From: Gammaproteobacteria bacterium
GTDB taxonomy: Bacteria; Pseudomonadota; Gammaproteobacteria; CBDBNL01; JAAOII01
Assembly: GCA_965215225.1 (NCBI GenBank)
Contig: OZ244039.1
Location: 1,725,353 to 1,789,352 of the forward strand
Direction: 5' to 3'
Length of the DNA: 64,000 bases
Part shown: positions 20,175 through 29,519 of the stretch, piece by piece
Layout of the letters: the number at the start of each line of letters is the position of its first letter
Position numbering within the stretch: the stretch's first letter is position 1
Translations under genes and position numbers: made by a program
The notes under the pieces: model-generated
Seen by the model: the letters and a program-made list of their open reading frames with translations, nothing else
The model's database searches: none
What the model was told of the DNA's origin: nothing

Positions 20175-20393
20175 GCCTCCCCTATCTCGAGTCAGCCGAA
20201 ACAATTTCTCTCATTGAGTAGTTTTTGCTTATTCATTAGGTATAATGAATAGATTCTCTCTCATAAGAGGGATGAATATATTTTGAATCCATAATAGCGC
20301 CTTAATAACGCTTCAATAGGTTTCGTGTTGTGAGATCTTGTGCCTAAGGTCTGGATTCAAGCTTAAAAATAAACCAATAGCCTCGACAAAATT
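20175..20393 (+). promoter_or_regulatory. conserved leader/promoter region of the ATPase cassette (copy 2), without an 8-bp array
   Basis: Same conserved block as 18149-18342. Confidence 0.4.
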
Positions 20394-21509
20394 ATGTTAA
20401 CACGTTTTGAAGTTTCAAATTATAAGCTTTTCAAAAAGCCCCTCATTTTGAAACCCATCCCTCAGATCTTGCTAATCGGAGGGAAAAACAATAATGGGAA
20501 GACTAGTATTTTAGAAGCCCTATTCCTAGCTTTCGATCAGTTAGAGCCAGCTATGCTCTGGAGACATTTTCGATGGAGAGGATTAGCTAAGGTTGATGCA
20601 ACGTCCTTATTTGAATCGATCTATCACAACTTTGAATTGAATCGGCCCATTAAGTTTAAGTATACCTTGAATAAAAAAAAGCAAGAGGTGATATATAGAT
20701 TTCACCGTGCCACTTCCCAATCTTTTGTAGAAAATAAAATCACTGATAAAGAATTTAGTAGCTTCTCCAATGAAAGTCAAAATCTATACAACCGGATAGT
20801 GATTACCGGTCTATCAGAGAACAAAAAAGTTCTAGAAATCCTTCTAATCCAAACTCAAGATGGTACTTACTTAGATTTTGGAAAAGACATGGGAATTGGA
20901 GAAAACATGGAAAAAGCCATAGAATTGATAAAGCAATTTAATCAAAACACCCGTGTTGGTTTTATCAGTGGAGTCGAATTCATAGCTGCCAAGGAAAATG
21001 CCAAGAATTATGACCAGCTAGCAAAGGCAAGGAAAACTGAAAAAATTCTTGAAGCCCTTCAAATTCTGGAACCAAAGCTAAGCTCTCTAAGCACCATTCA
21101 AATGGGGAAAAATTCTGTGATACACGGAGATGTAGAGGGACTCAAATCTTTGATTCCGTTGCCTTTGATGGGGGAAGGTATAAATCGTCTTATGTCTATT
21201 CTTCTGTCTATTTCTAACTTAGAAAATGGAATCCTCTTAATAGATGAGTTGGAAAATGGATTCCACTGTTCTCTTTTACCAAAGGTCATGAAAGTGATCG
21301 CAGAACATGCCCAGTCTAACAAAACACAGGTCATAGCCACCACACACAGTAGGGAACTGCAGCAAGCAACTCTGGAAAGCTTGCCTCATGATTTGCAAAA
21401 TAAATTTCGCTATATGCGAATTGACAGAGATGGAGAGGAGTTTAAAATAAGAAACTATGATTTCGAAGTTTTAACAACCGCCATTGAAATCAATTTGGAA
21501 ACTCGCTAA
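20394..21509 (+). CDS. stand-alone ABC/AAA_21-type ATPase, copy 2 (about 99% identical to copy 1)
   Basis: Only a few substitutions relative to copy 1 (KPLPQ to KPIPQ, FEILT to FEVLT). Confidence 0.75.
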   Translation: MLTRFEVSNYKLFKKPLILKPIPQILLIGGKNNNGKTSILEALFLAFDQLEPAMLWRHFRWRGLAKVDATSLFESIYHNFELNRPIKFKYTLNKKKQEVIYRFHRATSQSFVENKITDKEFSSFSNESQNLYNRIVITGLSENKKVLEILLIQTQDGTYLDFGKDMGIGENMEKAIELIKQFNQNTRVGFISGVEFIAAKENAKNYDQLAKARKTEKILEALQILEPKLSSLSTIQMGKNSVIHGDVEGLKSLIPLPLMGEGINRLMSILLSISNLENGILLIDELENGFHCSLLPKVMKVIAEHAQSNKTQVIATTHSRELQQATLESLPHDLQNKFRYMRIDRDGEEFKIRNYDFEVLTTAIEINLETR

Positions 21510-21533
21510 ATATTGGTATATTATGTAAAAAAT

Positions 21534-22205
21534 ATGACAACGAGCAACTCAACAGAACGCGAAAACCTCGAAACGATTGATAAAGAAAAAATTCTCATTG
21601 TGGAAGGCAAAGACGAAGAAAATTTTCTAAAAGCTCTATTTAAGATCCCACAACTTGAACCACAACTCGAAAATATCCAAATAAAGCCACTTGAAGGGAA
21701 GGATCAATTACATAAAAGAATGAAGGCATGGGTTCTAACCTCAGGTTGGGATGATGTCAAATCCATAGGTCTAATTAGAGATGCAGATAAAAGTGCTAAG
21801 AGTGCATTTGATAGTATTGCTGGTGTGCTAAAAAGAAACGGCCTTTCAATTCCAAATTCACCTGGCACCTTTTCTAAACAGATTCCAAAAAAGGGCAAGC
21901 CAAGGACTGGGATCTTTATCATTTCCAATGGAAAAGATCATGGAACACTTGAATCCTTGTGCTTATCTACAGTGAAGGAGAATAATTCGAAAATGGTGAA
22001 ATGCATTGACAGTTTTATGAAATGCAATAAAGACCTGGACACTGAGTATGAAAAACCCAAAAACGAAGATAAAGCCAGATGCAGAGCCTTTCTCTCCCTT
22101 ATGGAAGAGGATACCCCTTCTTTAGGGGTGGCAGCTCAAAAGAATTACTGGAATTGGGAATCAAATAGTCTCAAACCCTTAATAGAGTTTTTAGAACAAT
22201 TATAA
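21534..22205 (+). CDS. small TOPRIM-like partner protein, copy 2 (about 75% aa identity to copy 1)
   Basis: The ORF track starts at 21513 (MVYYVKNM...). The Met at 21534 (MTTSNSTE...) aligns with the copy-1 start. The ILIVEGKDEENFL and IRDADKSAK motifs are conserved. Confidence 0.55.
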   Translation: MTTSNSTERENLETIDKEKILIVEGKDEENFLKALFKIPQLEPQLENIQIKPLEGKDQLHKRMKAWVLTSGWDDVKSIGLIRDADKSAKSAFDSIAGVLKRNGLSIPNSPGTFSKQIPKKGKPRTGIFIISNGKDHGTLESLCLSTVKENNSKMVKCIDSFMKCNKDLDTEYEKPKNEDKARCRAFLSLMEEDTPSLGVAAQKNYWNWESNSLKPLIEFLEQL

Positions 22206-22344
22206 AAACCAAGCTATCTCTAGCTGAAATCCATAGAGGCAATTCACTATATCTTTTCTATAGTTTTAAGTGCTAGAAACTGATGTATAACTTCAATTGG
22301 ACTGGTTTTTGGTGAAAGTGTGCCATCATTTTTGCTGGCGTGAG

Positions 22345-22615
22345 GGAGGGATGACATGATGAAGGATGAGGGATGAAAGATGAAAGATGAAAGATGAAAG
22401 ATGAAAGATGAAAGATGAAAGATGAAAGATGAAAGATGAAAGATGAGAGATGAGAGATGAGAGATGAGAGATGAAGGATGAAGGATGAAGGATGAGAGAT
22501 GAGGGATGACATGATGAAGAATGAGAGATGAAGGATGAAAGATGAAGGGTGAAAGGTGAAGAATGAAGAATGAAGGATGAGGGATGAGGGATGGAGGATG
22601 GAAGATGAAAGATAA
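22345..22615. repeat. 8-bp microsatellite array (GATGAAAG/GATGAGAG), upstream of ATPase copy 3
   Basis: gatgaaagatgaaagatgaaag... shows period 8. It is preceded by the same 60-bp block (ggactggtttttggtgaaagtg...ctggcgtgagggagggatg) as the array at 17870. Confidence 0.9.
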
Positions 22616-22847
22616 GAGACTTCTCTATCTCAAGTCCGTTGCAACAATTTCTCTCATTGAGTAGTTTTGCTTATTCATTAAGTATAATGAATGGCTTCTC
22701 TCTCATAAGAGGGATGAGTGTATTTTGAATCCATAATGATGCCTTAATACAATAACCAATAACGCTTCAATAGGCCTCTTATTGTGAGATGTAGCGTCTA
22801 TGGTTTGGGTTCAAGCTTAAAAATAAACCTATAACCTATACAAACTT
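22616..22847 (+). promoter_or_regulatory. conserved leader/promoter region of the ATPase cassette (copy 3)
   Basis: Same conserved block as at 18149 and 20175, but more diverged. Confidence 0.4.
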
Positions 22848-23951
22848 ATGTTAACACATTTTGAAGTCTCAAATTTCAAGCTTTTCAAAAAGCCCTTCAT
22901 TTTGAAATCCATCCCTCAGATTTTGCTAATTGGAGGGGAAAACAATAGTGGGAAAACTAGTATTTTGGAAGCCCTATTACTACCTTTCGATCAGTTAGAT
23001 TCGGGTATGTTCGTGAAGCATCTTCAATGGCGAGGATTAACCAATATTGAAGTGGAATCTTTATTTGAATTGATATATCACAACCTTGAATCGAATCAGC
23101 CTATTAAGTTTAAATATACCCTTAATGGAAAAAAGCAAGAGGTGACATATACATTTCACCAAGATGACTCCCCGCCTATTACAGAAACAGACGATGATAT
23201 CATTGATATTGGGAGAGAGATTCTTAGCTTATCCAGTGAAACTCAAAAGCTATACGACCGGATAGTTATTTCCTGTCTATCAAAGAACAAAGAAGTTTTT
23301 CAACTCCATCTAATGGACACCCAAGAGGGTATTTACCTAGATTTTGGCAAAAACACAAAAAAAGCTGTCGAATCGATAGCACAATTTAATCAAGATTTCT
23401 ATGTTAGTTTTATCAGTGCAACTCAACCCACATCTTCCAGAGGAAATGCCGAGAGGTTTGACCAGTTAGCAAGGGCAAGGAAAACTGAAAAGCTTCTTGA
23501 AGCCCTTCAAATTATGGAACCAAAGCTAAAATCTCTAAGCACCATTGAAATGGGGGAAGAACCGGTAATATATGGAGATATGGAGAGACTCAAGATTCCG
23601 TTGTCTTTGATGGGTGAGGGTATAAATCGTCTTATGTCCATTCTTCTATCCATTTCTTGCTCAGGAAATGGAATCACCTTAATAGATGAGTTGGAAAATG
23701 GATTCCACTATTCTCTTTTACCGAAGGTCATGAAAGTGATCGCAGAACATGCCCAGTCTAACAGGGCGCAGGTGATAGCCACCACATACAGTAGGGAACT
23801 GCTGCAGGCAACTGTGGAAAGCTTGCCTCAGGATTTACAAGATAAATTTCGCTATATGCGAATTGACAGAGATGGAGATGAGTTTAAAATAAGAAACTAT
23901 GATTTCAAAGTTTTAGCAACCTCCCTTGAAGCCAATTTCGAAACTCGCTGA
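22848..23951 (+). CDS. stand-alone ABC/AAA_21-type ATPase, copy 3 (diverged, about 70% identity; no partner gene downstream)
   Basis: Walker A GGENNSGKTSILEA, LLIDELENGFHYS and IATTYSRE (H-loop His replaced by Tyr). Confidence 0.7.
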   Translation: MLTHFEVSNFKLFKKPFILKSIPQILLIGGENNSGKTSILEALLLPFDQLDSGMFVKHLQWRGLTNIEVESLFELIYHNLESNQPIKFKYTLNGKKQEVTYTFHQDDSPPITETDDDIIDIGREILSLSSETQKLYDRIVISCLSKNKEVFQLHLMDTQEGIYLDFGKNTKKAVESIAQFNQDFYVSFISATQPTSSRGNAERFDQLARARKTEKLLEALQIMEPKLKSLSTIEMGEEPVIYGDMERLKIPLSLMGEGINRLMSILLSISCSGNGITLIDELENGFHYSLLPKVMKVIAEHAQSNRAQVIATTYSRELLQATVESLPQDLQDKFRYMRIDRDGDEFKIRNYDFKVLATSLEANFETR

Positions 23952-24039
23952 ATATCCCATCCATTCTCTTTCTTGATAAGCGCAATTAGTTAGAAGAACT
24001 ATTATTAATGCGTTTTTTAGTGCCCTGTTAGTGATGGCG

Positions 24040-24870
24040 CTAGCCGAGATCATGGGTGGAGGATATTAATGATAGATTTAGTAAGCTAGCAAGAAACTGG
24101 GAAAGAGCTCGGAGCTGGTGAGCTAGGAGGATGGGTGGGGGATATTAATGATAGCAAAAATAGGCTAGCGAGAAATTGGAAATAGCTCGGAGCTGGTGAG
24201 CTAGGATGATGGATGGGACATATTAATCATAGATTTAATAGGCTAGCAAGAAACTGGAAATGGGTCGGAGCTGGTGAGCTAGGATGATGGATGGGGGATA
24301 TTTAGGGGATATTAATGATAGATTTAATAGGCTAGAAAATAGGCTAGCAAGAAACTGGAAATGGGGCGGAGCTGGTGAGCTAGGAGGATGGATGGGAGAT
24401 ATTTAGGGGATATTAATGATAGCAAAAATAGGCTAGAAAATAATCTAGCAATAAATTAGAAATGGGGCGGAGCTGGTGAACTAGGAGGATGGATGGGGGA
24501 TATTTAGGGGATATTAATGATAGCTTTAATAGGCCAGCAATAAATTGGGAATAGCTCGGAGCTGGTGAGCTAGGAGGATGGATGGGGGATATTTAGGGGA
24601 TATTAATGATAGCTTTAATAGGCCAGCAAGAAACTGGGAATAGCTCGGAGCTGGTGAGCTAGGATGATGGATGGGGGATATTTAGGGGATATTAATGATA
24701 GCAAAAATAGGCTAGAAAATAAGCTAGCAATAAATTGGAAATGGGGCGGAGCTGGTGAGCTAGGAGGATGGATGGGGGATGGGAAATATTAATGATAGCA
24801 AAAATAGGCTAGTAAATAGGCTAGTAAGAAATTGGAAATGGGTCGGAGCTGATGAGCTAGGATGGAGGCA
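24040..24870. repeat. about 88-100-bp tandem repeat array (about 9 units: ...ggctagcaagaaactggaaatggggcggagctggtgagctaggaggatggatgggggatatttaggggatattaatgatag...)
   Basis: Visible periodic recurrence of gagctggtgagctagga and atattaatgatag. Confidence 0.85.
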
Positions 24871-26076
24871 CTAGAGTCCGAGTAGGGTCATGCCGGGATA
24901 TTCAAGGAATTCCTTAATATGGACTAGAAATTCAACTGCGGTTTTGCCATCAATCATCCTGTGGTCATAGGACAGAGCGAGATACATCATAGGCAGAATA
25001 ACCACCTCGCCATTAACAGCAACTGGGCGCTCCTGAATCTTATGCATACCGAGGATGCCAGTTTGAGGCGGATTAATGATAGGAGTAGACATTAAGGAGC
25101 CAAAGACGCCACCATTAGAAATAGTAAAGGTGCCTCCTTGTAGGTCTTCCAACGTAAGTTTCGCCTCTTGGGCTTTTTTGCCATAGCTTCTAATAGTCTC
25201 TTCAATCTGTGCCAATGACATAGATTGGGCATCCCTGAGGATAGGAACTACCAGCCCGCGAGGGGAAGAGACCGCAATGCCTATATCTTGATAATTACAA
25301 TAGACTATGTCGGTGCCATCTATATGGGCATTTACCTGCGGAAATTTATAAAGAGCAGAGCAAACTGCTTTGACAAAAAAGGACATGAAGCCCAGCCGAA
25401 CTCCATATTTCTCTTCAAACGGCTTCTTGTATCTAGTGCGCAATTCCATCACAGGTTGCATATTTACCTCGTTGAAAGTAGTGAGTATGGCAGCCTGCCG
25501 TTGTGATTCAACTAGTCTTTTTGCCACGCTCATTCGCAGCCGTGTCATAGGCACTCGCTTCTCAACTCTTTGATGGCCGCCCCTCTGTGCTATGTCCTGT
25601 TTGGTAATGAAAGGGCCTTGATTGTGGGTCTCCACTTCTACCCCGGTCTCAGCTGCCAAGCGCCGAGCGGCCGGACCCATCTTGCCAGCTAGTCTTCCAG
25701 CTAGCTCTGTTTCACTTGTTTTGGCAGCAGTTGTATGGGATGAAAGATTTTCAGTAGCCTCTGGTGGCTCGGCTAGTTTTTCCTGTGGTGCTGATTCAAT
25801 CTCACTTGATTTAGGTGGGGGCTTCTTCGCTGGCTCTTCTTTTGTCTTTTCATAATTGGCTATTACCTGTTGCGCCTTAACTGTGCTGCCTTCGGCGACA
25901 AGTATGCTAGTCATAATGCCCGAACTTGGCGCTGGCACTTCCAACACTATCTTATCGGTTTCCACATCTACTAGGGGTTCATCACGGCGGAAAGACTCGC
26001 CCTCCTTCTTATGCCAACGAGCAATGGTGCCCTCCTCTATTGATTCGGGAAAGACTGGGACTCTTATATCTGTCAT
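24871..26076 (-). CDS. sucB: dihydrolipoyllysine-residue succinyltransferase (2-oxoglutarate dehydrogenase E2)
   Basis: Lipoyl domain ([25 protein letters not shown]...[15 protein letters not shown]), an Ala/Pro-rich linker, a PSBD, and the catalytic domain ending DHRMIDG. The ORF track extends to 26121 ([21 protein letters not shown]) through the 9-bp repeats, so the start is ambiguous. Confidence 0.9.
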   Translation of the reverse strand: MTDIRVPVFPESIEEGTIARWHKKEGESFRRDEPLVDVETDKIVLEVPAPSSGIMTSILVAEGSTVKAQQVIANYEKTKEEPAKKPPPKSSEIESAPQEKLAEPPEATENLSSHTTAAKTSETELAGRLAGKMGPAARRLAAETGVEVETHNQGPFITKQDIAQRGGHQRVEKRVPMTRLRMSVAKRLVESQRQAAILTTFNEVNMQPVMELRTRYKKPFEEKYGVRLGFMSFFVKAVCSALYKFPQVNAHIDGTDIVYCNYQDIGIAVSSPRGLVVPILRDAQSMSLAQIEETIRSYGKKAQEAKLTLEDLQGGTFTISNGGVFGSLMSTPIINPPQTGILGMHKIQERPVAVNGEVVILPMMYLALSYDHRMIDGKTAVEFLVHIKEFLEYPGMTLLGL

Positions 26077-26079
26077 GCC

Positions 26080-26335
26080 TGCCATATCCGCCATATCCGC
26101 CATATCTGCCAGATACACCACTTCTTCTGTGTCTCTACCATATTTGCTATCTCCTTATATCCGCTATCTCTGCCATATCCGCCATACCCTCGATATCTAC
26201 CATACTCGCCATATCCGCCATAGCTGCCATATCCGCCATACCCTCGATATCTGCCATATCTGACATATCTGCCAGATACACCACTTCTTCTGTATCTCTA
26301 TCATATTTGCCATCTCCTCATATTCGCTATCTCTG
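26080..26335. repeat. 9-bp tandem repeats (GCCATATCC on the plus strand, GGAUAUGGC on the mRNA) in the sucA-sucB intergenic region
   Basis: Runs such as gccatatccgccatatccgccatatctgcc. Two blocks are separated by ccagatacaccacttcttctgt(g/a)tctct. Confidence 0.85.
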
Positions 26336-26361
26336 CTATTTCTCCATCGTCATTATATTCA

Positions 26362-29217
26362 TCACTGACTAAATGCCATATCCAAAAGCCGCAGCTGTTC
26401 TCTTTGGTGCAAAGCAAGGTAACCAGTTGCAGGTGCTGCCGAAGCTGGTCGGCCGGCAAAGGACAGATTAACATTGACAGAACAGTTGCGAGCGGCTATT
26501 TCAAGATGGTGTTTGCTACTATACCAAGCGCCCTGATTCATAGGTTCTTCTTGACACCAGACTAGTTTTTCTAACGAAGGATATTTCTTCAATCTCTCGG
26601 CCAGCTCAGCATGAGGAAAAGGGTAGAGCTGTTCAAGGCGAATGATGGCGGTATCCCAAAGGGATTCATCCTTGCGCTTTTCCTCAAGTTCATAAAAGAC
26701 CTTGCCACTGCATAGGATGACTCGCTTAACTTCTCTAGGCTTGATGCGATGAGACGCCTCTCCTATGACCGGTTTGAACCCCCCCTTAGATAGTCTGGCT
26801 AAAGGAGACGAGGCTTCTTTTTTGCGCAACAGGCTCTTAGGCATCATCACCACCAATGGCATTCTTAGTGGGCGGACTACCTGACGGCGCAACATATGAA
26901 AAACCTGAGCTGCGGTAGATGGTATGCATACCTGCATATTACTACCTGCGCAAAGTTGAAGAAATCGTTCCAACCTTGCTGAAGAATGTTCCGGCCCCTG
27001 CCCCTCATAGCCATGGGGCAAGAATAGGACCAAACCACAAAGCCGCTGCCACTTGGTCTCGCCACTGGAGAGAAACTGGTCTATTACTACTTGAGCGCCA
27101 TTGGCAAAATCGCCGAACTGTGCCTCCCATATTGCTAGGGTATTAGGGCTGGTGGTAGCATAACCATATTCAAACGCCAAAACCGCCTCCTCAGATAAGA
27201 AAGAATCGAACACCTGCACCAGCGGCTGGTCAGCAAAGAAGTTCTTTACATGATAATAGCCTTCCCCGGTCTTTTGGTCATGAATGACTGCATGACGATG
27301 TGAGAAGGTGCCGCGCCGCGAGTCCTGTCCGCTCATCCTCACCATAAATCCTTCATAGGTAAGAGAGCCATAGGCCAGTAGTTCGGCATAACCCCAATCA
27401 ACTGGCTTGTTGCCCAAGCGCATCTGTTTGCGATCTTCTAGTAGTTTCCTAACCTGACGATGAGGAGTAAAGTCAGCGGGAACCTCCTCAAGTTGCTTGC
27501 CTATCTTGGCGAGCGTCTCCTTATTCACCCCAGTTGGATAACGGCTCTTCCACTTATGATTCAAATAAGGAGTCCAATCAACATAGAGCCTAGTGTTTGG
27601 TTTCTCTACCAGACTGCGCGAAACATGGTCTCCTTTATATAGATGGTCGCGATATTCCTCCTTCATCTCGGTGAAGGCCTGCTCGGTTATTATGTCTTCT
27701 CCTATCAGCTTCTTTCCATAGATATCGCAAGGACTAGACAGCCTATTAATCTGCTGATACATCACAGGCTGAGTGATAGAAGGCTCATCCGCCTCATTAT
27801 GCCCATGCTTTCTATAACAAACCATATCCACCACCACATCGGAGTTAAACTTCATCCTATACTCCAATGCAAGCTCGGTGGCGTAAATCAGCGCCTCTGG
27901 ATCATTGCCATTGACATGAAGAATAGGCGCCTCAATAATCTTAGCAACATCAGTAGCATAAAAAGTAGAACGAGCATCGCCAGTTTTGCTAACCGTAAAA
28001 CCTATCTGATTGTTTAAGATGATATGAACAGTTCCCCCAGTCTTATAGCCGCGCAACTGAGACATCTGTAAGGTCTCCATCACTACCCCTTGACCAGAAA
28101 AGGCCGCATCACCATGAATGATAACTGGTAAGACCTCAACCCCTCTTCTATCGCCTCGCCGATCCTGCCGCGCGCGCACCGAACCTTCCACTACTGGCCC
28201 TACTATTTCCAAATGAGATGGGTTAAAGGACAAAGCCAGGTGCACCTCCCCGCCATCAGTTCTAACATTGGAAGAGAACCCCTGGTGGTATTTAACATCG
28301 CCACCGAAGTTCTCGTCATCAAAACTGAACTTGCCTTCAAATTCTTCAAATAACAATGCTGGGTTCTTCCCCAATATATTTACCAACATATTCAACCGCC
28401 CCCGATGCGCCATTCCTATGACCATTTCCTTAATACCCACCAACCCGCTCGCTTGGACTAGGCTATCCATCATAGGTATGAGCGCCTCCCCACCCTCGAG
28501 ACCAAAGCGCTTGGTGCCTGGGTACTTTGTTGCCAGTGAATGTTCGAATCCCTCGGCTGCCACCAATCTCTCTAGGATGCGTAATTTTCTGTCCTTATTA
28601 AAGTTGTAATTCCCTTGAGCGCTTTCAATTTTCTCTTGAAACCACCGCTTCTTACCCGTCTCACTAAGATACATAAACTCAGCGCCTATAGAACCGCAAT
28701 AGGTTTTCTTCAGCCTTCTCAACAGGTCTTCGATACTCAGAACAGAGCTGCCAAAGAAGGTCTTGGAGACATCATAGACCGAAGCCGAATCCTTAAGAGC
28801 CAGCCCATGCTCAACCTGCTCTAAGTCCTTACCGTCATTAATGCTTCTATACTCTAAGGGATTGACATTGGCTTTTTTGTGACCATAGGTGCGATAAGCA
28901 TTAATAAGCGCATTGACTCTCTCTTGATGAAATCCTGGCTGTTCATCCAGGACCTCAGCCAAACCATTGTCATTGCCTCCATTACGCAGCAGATCCTGAA
29001 TATCTTTTTCTACCTCTGGGTAGGAAATCTCTTGCCCATGCCCAAGTCGGTCAAAATAGGCTTGCCAGGACTGCTGCAGTTTCGCCCGCTGGTTAATATA
29101 ATCGCCATAGATAGTTTCCATATAGCCTATATTACCGGCAGCGAGATGAGAGCTGGTGTAGTCTAAATGCTCCTCTTCTTTCTGCTTCTCCGTTCTACTC
29201 CCCTCTTTCTTGGTCAT
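26362..29217 (-). CDS. sucA: 2-oxoglutarate dehydrogenase E1 component
   Basis: 951 aa. The TPP-dependent E1 region (...GHNEADEPS...) and the length fit SucA. It lies immediately upstream of sucB on the same strand. Confidence 0.9.
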   Translation of the reverse strand: MTKKEGSRTEKQKEEEHLDYTSSHLAAGNIGYMETIYGDYINQRAKLQQSWQAYFDRLGHGQEISYPEVEKDIQDLLRNGGNDNGLAEVLDEQPGFHQERVNALINAYRTYGHKKANVNPLEYRSINDGKDLEQVEHGLALKDSASVYDVSKTFFGSSVLSIEDLLRRLKKTYCGSIGAEFMYLSETGKKRWFQEKIESAQGNYNFNKDRKLRILERLVAAEGFEHSLATKYPGTKRFGLEGGEALIPMMDSLVQASGLVGIKEMVIGMAHRGRLNMLVNILGKNPALLFEEFEGKFSFDDENFGGDVKYHQGFSSNVRTDGGEVHLALSFNPSHLEIVGPVVEGSVRARQDRRGDRRGVEVLPVIIHGDAAFSGQGVVMETLQMSQLRGYKTGGTVHIILNNQIGFTVSKTGDARSTFYATDVAKIIEAPILHVNGNDPEALIYATELALEYRMKFNSDVVVDMVCYRKHGHNEADEPSITQPVMYQQINRLSSPCDIYGKKLIGEDIITEQAFTEMKEEYRDHLYKGDHVSRSLVEKPNTRLYVDWTPYLNHKWKSRYPTGVNKETLAKIGKQLEEVPADFTPHRQVRKLLEDRKQMRLGNKPVDWGYAELLAYGSLTYEGFMVRMSGQDSRRGTFSHRHAVIHDQKTGEGYYHVKNFFADQPLVQVFDSFLSEEAVLAFEYGYATTSPNTLAIWEAQFGDFANGAQVVIDQFLSSGETKWQRLCGLVLFLPHGYEGQGPEHSSARLERFLQLCAGSNMQVCIPSTAAQVFHMLRRQVVRPLRMPLVVMMPKSLLRKKEASSPLARLSKGGFKPVIGEASHRIKPREVKRVILCSGKVFYELEEKRKDESLWDTAIIRLEQLYPFPHAELAERLKKYPSLEKLVWCQEEPMNQGAWYSSKHHLEIAARNCSVNVNLSFAGRPASAAPATGYLALHQREQLRLLDMAFSQ

Positions 29218-29222
29218 AAGAA

Positions 29223-29519
29223 TTAATGATAATAGATATATTCACTTCGCGATGCAACTAGATTATCCACTATGGTGACTACAAAGGTATGATCCTTTAT
29301 AACAGTAGAATAAGACCATATTAATTTGGTTCCTCCTATATATGGCTCCTCAACATAGGGCACTCCCAGTAAATCAATCAGTTGTTGTTGTGTCATACCC
29401 ACCTCAACCTCACTTGTTCGTTCAACTGGAAAGAAGGTGCCGCTGGTATGAGTCTCAGTAGTAGCACAAGCGACCAGAAGCCCGCTCAACACCAGGGCTG
29501 CCAATATCCTAGCTGCCAT
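29223..29519 (-). CDS. small putative lipoprotein (98 aa) between sdhB and sucA
   Basis: Signal peptide with lipobox MAARILAALVLSGLLVAC. No recognisable family. Confidence 0.4.
   Translation of the reverse strand: MAARILAALVLSGLLVACATTETHTSGTFFPVERTSEVEVGMTQQQLIDLLGVPYVEEPYIGGTKLIWSYSTVIKDHTFVVTIVDNLVASRSEYIYYH

Noticed and set aside
22273-22512. 79-aa ORF (HLSSFIF repeats) on the minus strand, and the similar 44907-45170 ORF
   Set aside because: They lie inside the 8-bp microsatellite array and a poly-T promoter tract respectively, so they are repeat-generated artefacts.
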